A stretch of 57,116 bases of DNA, filler included, from Sphacelaria rigidula (Eukaryota), in the NCBI GenBank assembly GCA_964200075.2. It is 8 parts of 8 records of this genome, joined end to end, with 100 filler letters (N's around TTAATTAATTAA, not from the genome) between each part and the next. Parts side by side here need not be neighbours in the genome. Positions count along the whole stretch, not along the records: positions 42,915 to 49,965 come from CAXNAA020016749.1; positions 50,066 to 57,116 come from CAXNAA020016750.1; 6 more parts are not named here. One strand, given 5' to 3'. Positions 47,922-57,116 of the stretch are shown here, in pieces; the first letter of the stretch is position 1; every line of letters begins with the position of its first letter. The notes beneath the pieces are model-generated. The model ran no database searches. It saw only the letters and a list, made by a program, of their open reading frames with translations, and was not told the DNA's origin. A program made the translations under genes and the position numbers.

Positions 47922-49899
47922 TCTCCCTGGACCCTTCCCGGTACATGCTGGGAAAAATAAAACACGACTGCTGAACCCTCAAAGCAGGTAACCCAATGGC
48001 GGCGTCACGAATGCAAGACAACTTCATCGGCGCAGGTCAACAAAGACAAGGCTCTACTAGAGGAGCCCTGATAAATGATCCCGTGACAGGGAGCAGAGTA
48101 TCCTGCGGGTGGGGAGCAGGGACATCTGGGTTGGGGGCAGTACGCCAGTTGAGGACAGCAGCCACCGGAAGGAGTGTGCGTCGGGGTAGAGGGTGGGGTG
48201 GCGCGGAGGGTCCGTTGTACATGGGCAAGGGGACAGAACGAAAACAAATCAAGAAGGCGCAGGTGAGGGCTAATATTATACGCGAAAAGTGCAAAACTTG
48301 TGTCTCTTGTTGTTTCATCTTCAACAGCTTGTAGAATGGAAGAAATCAAACATGATGGTGAATCTTTGGGAAATGTTTTTTGGTTTTCTTCATGGCTCCG
48401 GTTTTTAGACCTTCAACCAGAATGCAGTTGTGCAGAAAAGCGTCGTATGTTTGGGGGATTCGTGTGTTTTTCCGTCCACCATGACGTTCATAGGGTGTTT
48501 GATGGTGTAAATCACCACTACTGGAGATGATTTTTGGCCTGCTTTTTGTATCGTACGGATCATGACCCCAGCATGCTGTGTATCCCCCTCCCCCTCCCTC
48601 CTCTATAGATGGATCGCCACCCCATTGTGATCACCTCTCCATGATATCATCTCTCTGTACTGCCTGCCAGGAGAATTTGGCAGTCCAGAGCGCGTAGCAT
48701 ACCGTCATCGCCTCCCTCCTCCCCCACCGCATCACCCCTCGCTTGTTGGAACGCCCTGCAGCGTAGAGCGGTTATTGATCCAAACACACACATTTCGTCA
48801 CTGTTGGGGCACGTTTTGCCTCAACTCATCGTCTGAAATCCACGGCTGCCAACATTTGTCTTTTTCAAACCCTCGAAGCTGACCCTACAAGCCAAGGCCC
48901 AAACCCAAGGCAGATGGAGAACCCTGGAGGGGAAGGGGGCAAGAGGGTGTTCGAGGCAAAGCGTGCGTTTGACAGAGCTCGAATCGGCACCTTGCCTGCG
49001 GCGCCGACTTGAACAGAAACACGTCCTACGTACGCATGCCGGGGAGCAGCACTCGGGACTGTCATTCCCCTAAAGAGTCGAGTATCCATGTCCGAAAAAA
49101 TGTAGAATACTTGTTCCTACCGCTGAATGTTGGCGACGGTGTTGGAGTCGACTCTGCTGCAGTCATTTACGTGACAAACGGTAATATTGTTGACCGCACA
49201 AGCGTGAGTGAGCAACAATGGGGACGAGATCGGTGACTGACGGGCAAGGCGTTTGAGATAATGAAAGCGAGAGCGAAGCAATAGTTGCCCGGGAACGAGG
49301 TGAAGGGAAAATGAGACAGGTAGCAAAATAAATAAATTAATCGACGCATGATGCCCAAATACAAGATATACGTCAAGGTAGTCGACTGAGTTTGTTTGAC
49401 GTGAGTTGACGCGGTGGGGGAGGGCTGACCCAATCGGCGAGACCAAAGTGCAAGGCGTGTACTAGGGGAGAGATGGGATGGTCCCTTGAGATCACGGACT
49501 CGTCCCGAGGAAGGGGAGGGATTCAAAGTGCGACAAAAAAACAACAACGTGTGTTTTCGGAGTTATATCTTATGCTATTATAATGTAGTGGATGGTTCGA
49601 GCTCGAACCTTGGTTTTGTATCAGCGCGTGTCTTTCAGTTTCGTGTGCAGTTAATTTGATTGATATTTTTCGTTGGTTGGAACAAAGACAAGCGATAAAC
49701 GAAGCAAAAATGAACTTCTAAATAGCACTGCATACGATGGGGGAGGAGGAGGCGGGGTGTATTCGTGATCTTACATGGCATGGTCTTGGAGGAGGAGCGG
49801 AGGAACGGAGGGGAAGGGGGGGGGGGAACGGTTTTCCTGACTTCTAGACCACAGCAAATATTCACATAATGGGCTCAAAGTCGGACCTCTCAGCAACAC

Positions 49900-49965
49900 G
49901 GGGAGGGGGCGTACTCATTTGTTGCTTCCCTTAGTCATTTGACCATTGACCACGCATCCCTTTCG
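49900..49965 (-). mobile_element. LINE 3' end at contig end
   Basis: GGGGAGGGGGCGTACTCATTTGTTGCTTCCCTTAGTCATTTGACCATTGACCACGCATCCCTTTCG. Confidence 0.8.
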
Positions 49966-50065
49966 NNNNNNNNNNNNNNNNNNNNNNNNNNNNNNNNNNN
50001 NNNNNNNNNTTAATTAATTAANNNNNNNNNNNNNNNNNNNNNNNNNNNNNNNNNNNNNNNNNNNN
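49966..50065. other. Artificial contig spacer
   Basis: N44-TTAATTAATTAA-N44. Confidence 0.98.
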
Positions 50066-50094
50066 TCCCCCCCCTTTTTTTTTTTTTTTTTCAC

Positions 50095-50246
50095 CTTGAT
50101 ACGCAGAGTGGCAGCAGATTTTCCCGGGGAATGACATGTCCGCAACTAAAGACGTCCACTCTCGACGGCTCGACGGAGGAAAAGAGCTGACGCACCAAGT
50201 CGCCCGTCGGCTGCATCGTACCCCCCACGAGCACGATGGCGCGAGC
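50095..50246 (-). CDS. DDX11: Internal exon (152 bp) of DDX11/CHL1 (ChlR1) Fe-S DNA helicase
   Basis: ARAIVLVGGTMQPTGDLVRQLFSSVEPSRVDVFSCGHVIPRENLLPLCVS matches the DDX11-type motif III region (GGTMQP...FSCGHVIP); acceptor CTTCAG| and donor AG|GTGA. Confidence 0.9.
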
Positions 50247-50633
50247 CTGAAGTACCAACAAAATGTATACATTCAAAGACGAAAAAATAAAAATAAAACA
50301 TATCAAGGATGCGTTGGGGTAGAGGGTAAATACCCCAACCGGGTACTTACTCTCCCGAATTTTGTGTTGCGATAGTCCCATCTCCAAATTCTACTGTACG
50401 TGATATTATCATCTGGGTGTTATTGGATACAATCTCAATGCTCTTTGCCCAAACGTTTGGGTGCTTGGAGTAAGATTTTTCAACAAAACGCAAATGTAGG
50501 ACATAGCCTACTATACCCAACACACCCATAAAAACATAGATGCCTGAGTGGTGCAGCGTTCATCGCGAGATGCGTTTGATTATTGACGTCTGTGTGTGTA
50601 TATATATATATGTATGTATATCACACCTTGGTC

Positions 50634-50970
50634 GCCCCGGTGGCTCAGTTGGTAACCTCGAGACCTTCCGACGGTTGGATCGTAGATTCGAATCTCGGAG
50701 CGATCTGAGATTTTTCCTCACACAATGCCCGACAGTGGAGACCGACTCTGCCGTGGGTACACAAAATTCGACCTAATAGTCGACGAGGGAAAGGGTCCAC
50801 TGTACCCCTCTCGCGATAAAAAAAAAAGGACGAGCACTACAGAAAAAAGGTAAAAAACTAAAGAACAAAATGCTGTGTTGGCCTTCCTCCTGTGTGACCC
50901 CGGCTGGTACGCCCACATACACCAAAAGGTGTAGACCGGCGTCCAGAATAGATGGGACGACAACACGTAC
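50634..50970 (+). mobile_element. tRNA-headed SINE family B
   Basis: GCCCCGGTGGCTCAGTTGG (A box), GATTCGAATCTC (B box); body shared with 53684-54080, 54240-54459 and 56821-57030 (-). Confidence 0.7.
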
Positions 50971-52308
50971 ACTCCTTGTACAATATATGATCAATAGTTG
51001 CATTAGACGATAAATGTACTGCGTAAAGTATAGATCTATCGCAACTTTTGTCGGACCGACCGACGATAGCTGCAATAGGCCCATACTCCCCGCAGTATTT
51101 TTTTTTGTCTATTGCACCTATTGAACATGTATTGTCCAGAATGTGAGATATATATATATATATATATATAAAATAGATATGAGGTGGATTGACCCAAGCT
51201 CGGCTCCACATGATCCGTGGTTGATGCATTTTAAAAAATAACGACAGCCCTCACTCAAAGTCAGGGCATACCGAGAACCCTCGGGCGAGGGGGGGCGGGT
51301 ATAACGCAAGGGTCGTATTAATGAATAATTCGCCTAGAAATTACTTGATTTTAGTATACTTGATTCGTACCGTACGAATCAATCCTTAGGCTTTGTTTTT
51401 CAGCGTTGTAACCCAGGCACGCGCAGCCCAGGAGCGTGGAACGACGCAAAAATTGCGTGGAGACCTTTCTGACTAGCGGGCAACTTTTTTTTTTTTCCTT
51501 TCTCGAGAAAATCAGCCCTGAAAAATCGTGGATTTGGTGATTCGAACCGGCCATGATTCGTCCGAACTGTGATACAAAGAGTATCCGTCCCGTATAGGTA
51601 AAGAGACCTCGTATCGGCGGCGCAGGGGCCGATTCGGACGTGAATGCGCTCTGTGCTCGCTGAAAAGCACTCGGGACCGTCAGCCCCAATAAAGATCCGA
51701 AGATCAGTGTCCACACTCGAAAGAAGTAAGTATCAAGCATGGATGACTTGTAGGAGGAAATTGGGATGAAATTTACTGATGAGAGATAGATGTAAAATAG
51801 AAGGGGGAAAAGAGAGAGAGAAAAAAATAAAACGTACTACGAGTACTCGGAATAGAAATGTAAGCAGGCAGATTTATGAACTAGACTCGTACAGAGTATG
51901 TATGCATTTGCCGCAACGTGGTGTTTTTTTTCCCTTTTTCCTAGTGAATAAGCTCAGCACCCTCCTCCTCCTCCTCCTCCTCCTCATCACCATCGTCGGC
52001 GAACGCAGGCGAGATTAAATGACATTTTTAATTAATGTGATGTCCAATTGAGATGAAACATACAGATTTATGCTGCATGATTCCACAAGCACTCGTTTCG
52101 CATCCCACTCCTGGACGTATGCTTGCCTCGATACAGTTCTCATCTTCATCAATGTATATACACATAAATAAAGATGGGGGTTGTCCTAGTAGAGACATCT
52201 CGAACGCTTGGGCGCTCATGAATTTTTCCAATGCATTACATGAAAAAACCACATATCTTATCTCATCTTATCCCCTTCCCGAAGGCGCGCGCGGGGGGGG
52301 AGGGGGGA

Positions 52309-53063
52309 GTGTACTCATGATCTAGCATGCCGTGGTCATACGACCGTTGACCTTGCATGCCTACGAAGCCGGGACGAAGCACGCCAGGTTTCGCCGGACC
52401 AGGCTCGCAGCCAATTATCAAGCGCGAAGCGGGGTGATGTATTCGGCGAGTCGCATGAAGGGGGAGCTGCATAGCTTAAAAATTTGTTCGGCCCGAAGCG
52501 GACTGATTATCTTGCTTGTGAATGACAGCCTCCGATGAGTTGCTTCCTTTTCTGGTATCGCCACTTCCAGAGACAGCCACGGGTTCCACACTGCTTCACG
52601 GGTGTCTCATAATGTTATCTGCCTGTTTCAGGGACGCCGTAGCCATTCGGAACAAAACCTGTGCGGGCTGATCACGCTACTGGAGACGACGAAGTGTCCA
52701 AGTGTCTCCCATGTCTATATAGCACGAGCACGAAGGCTCAAGGCAGCACAGCAACTAGGATCACTGCAATTGTACTACAGTAACTCTGAGGGTGCGCATA
52801 CTCTACTTGGCCATTTGTGAAACTTGAAGGTTTTCGAGCTAATTCAAACACTACATTATTTGGTCACCCCCTTTGCGCAGAGTTCGGGTTATCCCACCCC
52901 GCACAACATGATCTATTAAGAGGTCGAACACCATCACGGCTGCCACAACCAAAACGCAAGCGCGGAAAAAAAAAAAACCGGCAACCTCGTGGCCTACATT
53001 ACGCAGTGGTGAGTGGCGTATTTTCACAGCGTCATTGCCAACCGACGCAAACCTCACAGGGGG
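52309..53063 (-). mobile_element. Putative full-length C-tract retroposon (~755 bp, non-coding)
   Basis: 3' module at 52309-52403; body matches 37293-37510 and 37540-37712; shared far end CCAACCGACGC.AACCTCA.AGGGGG; G runs at both ends on the + strand. Confidence 0.7.
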
Positions 53064-53078
53064 TCCGAGGAGAGTAAG

Positions 53079-53370
53079 ACCACTTTGTATGGCAGCCAAT
53101 CCGTATTTGTACAAATATGAGGATTTTAGGCCGCTGAAATCCGATTTTCTCCCGTGGATTGATTTTCCGGACCCCAGTCCCTTGGGCATGTTTTTCGCTT
53201 AGCTCTGAGGAAACCAGACCAATTCTCGGATTCTCTAGGCGCTGACTTTTGGTTCATCATCCTTCTGCTAAGATCGGGAGACCCCAGCATCTCCCACGAT
53301 TTAAACGGATTTAAACGGGCTGAAATTCTTATGTCTATACAAAGACGGATTGGTTGCCATATAAAGTGCT
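53079..53370. mobile_element. MITE (292 bp) with ~65-bp imperfect TIR and 5-bp TSD
   Basis: ACCACTTTGTATGGCAGCCAATCCGT / ACGGATTGGTTGCCATATAAAGTGCT; GTAAG at 53074-53078 and 53371-53375. Confidence 0.8.
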
Positions 53371-53683
53371 GTAAGTTCTCGCTCAGAGGAGGTGAGTCTG
53401 TCGCAGTTCAGGGCCATTGTATCCATGGTTGACAGGTTTTTTTTTCTCCCTTCAAATCAACACATCAAGTACCTGAGAACTCCCACACGCTGCGGATCGT
53501 TTTCGCCAATGTCGCCCATATGAGGCGCTTCATGCAGTCCGAAACCGGCCATCATGCGCCGTATGATCATATCCTTCAAGGGGGAGGGGGGGACGGGGGG
53601 GACGGGTTCTAACGAACACGTTCGGTACATTAAAAGAGGAAGCAAAAGTAACTTTGTTTCGAGGACTTATAATGAAGTCGCTC

Positions 53684-54080
53684 GTCCCGATGGCTCATTT
53701 GGAAACTTCGAGCCCTTCTGACGGTTAGGACGTGGGTTCAAACTCTCGGCGAGGTCACACGACCTGGGATATTTCTCATATCACGCCCAGCAATGGAGAG
53801 CGATTATACCGTGGGTAAATCAAATTCGACTTCACGGTCGACGACGGAAAGGAACCGCTGAACGTTTCTCGCGATGAAAAAGTAGGAAAAGTCCCACGGA
53901 AGGAAGATGGAGTGCTGGAACAAAATTAAACATAACTTGGAAACAAATGTACTGCATTCCCTCCTGTGTGCCGCTGGATAATTGATTGATTGTCGCACGT
54001 TGACTGACCCTCCAGGGATCCAGCCGTGGTCATATGATAGACATACCGTCGAGAATAGATGGAATGACAACACACACAAG
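53684..54080 (+). mobile_element. tRNA-headed SINE family B
   Basis: GTCCCGATGGCTCATTTGG ... GGGTTCAAACTC head; collinear with 50634-50970. Confidence 0.7.
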
Positions 54081-54459
54081 AAGGACATTGGCTGATCCAA
54101 AAAAAGAACAGCACTAGGGATTCCCACGTGGTCCCCCACCCGAAGTACTAGCCTGGTCCGACGACGCTTCACTTCACGGCGCGGTCGGGATGTGGTGCTA
54201 TCGACGTGGTACGGCCCTTCCTCAGAAACACTTACATTTTCCAGCTCTGTACACCATCGTCCAGAATAGATGGGATGACAACACACACACAGTTAGGGAT
54301 GCTAATCGGGGCGAAAAGAAAGGTGGAGTACTAGAACAAAACAAAAAAAGCAAAAATCCTGTGCTGGCCTTCTTCCTGTGTGATCCCGGCTGATGCGCCG
54401 ACAAATATACCGAAAGGAGTAGACTGCCGTCCAGAATAGATGGGATGACAACACACACA

Positions 54460-56215
54460 CACAGTTAGGGATGCTAATCGGGGCAAAAAAAGTGAATGGG
54501 CTGTTCGAGGAAGTCACAGAGACCACAGACAAAAAATCATTTTCCTTTTTTGTCCTGGGATGCTCCGCCCAAATACACTTGCTTTTGCAATCCAATCTTT
54601 TGACGGGTTGATCGCGCGCGCAGGCAGCACCCTCCCTGTTCATACCCTACATCCTGCTGCTGACCATCCACACGCAGCCCATGGCCGCGGCTTTATCCCC
54701 CAGCTTGCAAGGCGTACACCCTCACCCTGAAAAAAAAAGCATATAATTTGAATATAATTTCCGGCTTACTGATCTGACCGCGGGAGGTGTGCCCTGGAAT
54801 GGGCGCTGCAGTGCAATGCATTCGGGTTGGGAGCACCTAACGTAACAACCGTGGAGAACCGCCCAGATTAAACTTATCCATCGATGGAGCGTATCCTGAC
54901 CAACGCACCGTCCCCAATTAAATTCACGTGAAAAAGAATGACAGCCAGAAGGGGCTTGAGGGGAAAGGTCGGGGGGCAGATCGGGGTCGGTCCCGGAGTA
55001 ACTTTACTTCGGTGCGTACGCATGCGAAAATATGATACACTCAGACATTTTCTGTTGAAGAAAGCTCCGCCGCTTATGTACACAGCCGCGCGAGGAACCC
55101 AAGGTAAAAAGCATTGCGTGTACGGGAGCAGAGAACATCATAGTGACCGGATTGTGCTCTCCTCTTCGTATGTAGTGCTGATTGTATTGGGTACCGCCAT
55201 GTTCGCCGCACGGCGTCGACAGCCTTCGCCCGCTGCGACTTGAGCTTGTATGTGGTGAATACACGTACAAATGTCTCTCACCCTCCGCTCAACCCAGGGT
55301 CGGGCATATGTCGTATCGGCATACTTTTTCACTTGAAAAATGAATGTAAATCCAGATGACTCAGTCGGGGGTCGGAGGGTTCAACTTTAGTGCCGGTCAT
55401 TAGTAGGAAGAGGCGACCGTCTCCAGAGACTCTGACTTGAAAAACAAAAATAGGACACCATCCTGGCGATCAAGCGTCACTTTTGGAGCGGGCGGGAAGA
55501 GTGACGATCTCCAGAGGAGTAGTCCGATACTCGACGATACCCACAGAAGAAGGGAGGAATGCGGCGGGGGGCACAGAGAAGATAGCATTGTACTGTACTG
55601 CGCTGCGCTGTACTGATTGCACTGTGCTGTACGGTACACTTCGGCTTCGTCTATTTACACAGAGAGCAGCCACCTTATGATGGGTCCGTTGTGTTTGTTA
55701 TGGGAGAACTATTGACTTCAAAAATGAATGCCCACCGCAGCCCAAGAACTTTTTCTGAAACTGGAGGCACGAAGGGATGACGGTGTTGGAGGGTTTCGTG
55801 TATGTAGTCTGAGCCTTGGTGATACTCATAGACAAACGAAACAAACGCAACGGGTGGGAGAGAGAAGACAACACTGTACCGTGATGTAACACATTGCACT
55901 GCTGTACTTTACTGTGCGTTTTTGATCGGCTTTGTGTCGACCTATACAGACGGGCACTCCCAGGCGGGTCATCTGTGTTGCATTGTCACAGTTTTGACTC
56001 GAAAATGAGTAATGAACGGGCCGTACCGGCGATGCAATGCAGCAGGGACGTGTGCGTGTCATGGGTGCAGATGGCCTTCTGCGCTTCTTTTCCCAACCGA
56101 CCGGGCGGATCATTCCCATCTCACTGGCTTGTGCGATTTTCCGCCAGCAAGATCCTACACACGCTTTGCAAAAAGTTCCTGTATATTTTGGCCCCGATTA
56201 GCATCCCCAACGGTG
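54460..56215. mobile_element. CMC/CACTA-like non-autonomous DNA transposon (1756 bp)
   Basis: TIR CACAGTTAGGGATGCTAATCGGGGC / GCCCCGATTAGCATCCCCAACGGTG; 3-bp flanks ACA/ACA; second copy in contig 3. Confidence 0.75.
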
Positions 56216-56319
56216 ACAGCATACTTTGTTTATTCACCTCGCAGTTAAGACCTTCGCCTTTGTACAATACCAGCCGGCTCGGGAGACCGCAGGTACGGGT
56301 ACGAGGGTAGAGTATGACA

Positions 56320-56584
56320 GAGTGATGCTACGGTAGGGGTTACACTTTTTTTAGCAAAAATGTTTCTCGGGGTTGCTCGGGATGTTGGACCAGTCACTTT
56401 GTGAATCGACATATTTTTTACTTGAAAAAGACTGAAAATGATTCTAGACCCCTGAGTGCAGACACCATGCTTCTGGGAGTCCGATTCCCGGAGTTTTGGG
56501 TTGCAGAGTAAGCCCCATATATTTGGGCTCCTACAAAAAAGAGACCCAGAAACAAAAAGTGCGACCCCTACCGAAGCATTGCTC
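56320..56584. mobile_element. MITE sharing S1 TIRs with a different interior
   Basis: GAGTGATGCTACGGTAGGGGT ... ACCCCTACCGAAGCATTGCTC; no clear TSD. Confidence 0.75.
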
Positions 56585-57116
56585 ATGAGCACAGGTAAAG
56601 TACGATGGCACGGTACAAGTAAAAGCACGATAGAATGGTACGGAATTGAGTAGGGTGAGCTACGTGCTCCGGAATTCTCCTCATCCTGGACAATATATGG
56701 TCAATAGTTGCAATAGGTCTATACTCTAAACGAGGCATCAGGCGCTGTATGACCATTTTCTTCGCGACACTTATGAGCTGGTTTTGGGGGGGTGGGGGGG
56801 GGCGCCTATCGTAGAAAGTGCCTGGCACCCAGTCTATTCTGGAGGCCGTTCTACACTTTTCGGTATATGTGGGCACATCAGCCGGGGTCACACAGGAGGA
56901 AAGCCAACACACACGAGTTTTTTCTTTTCTTCTCCTGCTTCATTACTTTTTACGTTCCTACTGGGGTGCTTGACTTGATTTTATATCGCGGGAGGGGTTC
57001 ATCGGTCCCTTTCCCTCGTCGACCATTAATGACTTGATAATAGCAACAGAAGCAGCAGAGCAAGGGGCTCACGTGGGTGAGGAGATGGTATCAGGATTGA
57101 TGTTCGCGGATGATTT

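Noticed and set aside
50634-50710. Functional tRNA genes (also 12654, 33795, 53684)
   Set aside because: A/B boxes are present but there are no complete acceptor and anticodon stems, and each continues into a shared repeat body, so they are SINE heads.
54460-54490. Transib/RAG recombination-signal-like end (CACAGT)
   Set aside because: The heptamer is CACAGTT, the other end is CACCGTT, and there is no 5-bp TSD and no nonamer; CMC-like is more parsimonious.

Overview
This window is not one locus. It is eight unrelated contigs of 7053, 7053, 7052, 7052, 7052, 7052, 7051 and 7051 bp, in descending length order, joined by artificial 100-nt N(44)-TTAATTAATTAA-N(44) spacers. The DNA is eukaryotic and repeat-rich. 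A brown alga (Phaeophyceae) is my inference from the LINE C-terminus, the TLDc-BTB gene type and CCCTAA repeats. Supportable host coding sequence is sparse: a long terminal exon encoding TLDc + coiled coil + KCTD-type BTB (10058-11338, -), one 152-bp exon of the DDX11/CHL1 helicase (50095-50246, -) and a low-complexity 424-codon ORF (32102-33394, -). The rest is mostly transposon debris: an RTE-type LINE RT remnant, a DIRS/Ngaro tyrosine-recombinase remnant, two tRNA-headed SINE families, and non-autonomous DNA transposons with readable TIRs/TSDs (Tc1/mariner-like, PIF/Harbinger-like, Sola2-like, CMC/CACTA-like, one with a 5-bp TSD). Two of these are nested insertions whose empty sites are visible in another contig. 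The most interesting signal is a LINE plus a non-coding partner retroposon that share a predicted three-way-junction RNA at their 3' ends and are repeatedly flanked by C-runs, often on both sides. This suggests a poly(C)/poly(G)-tract-targeted LINE-SINE pair. All family assignments are by eye, without database searches.
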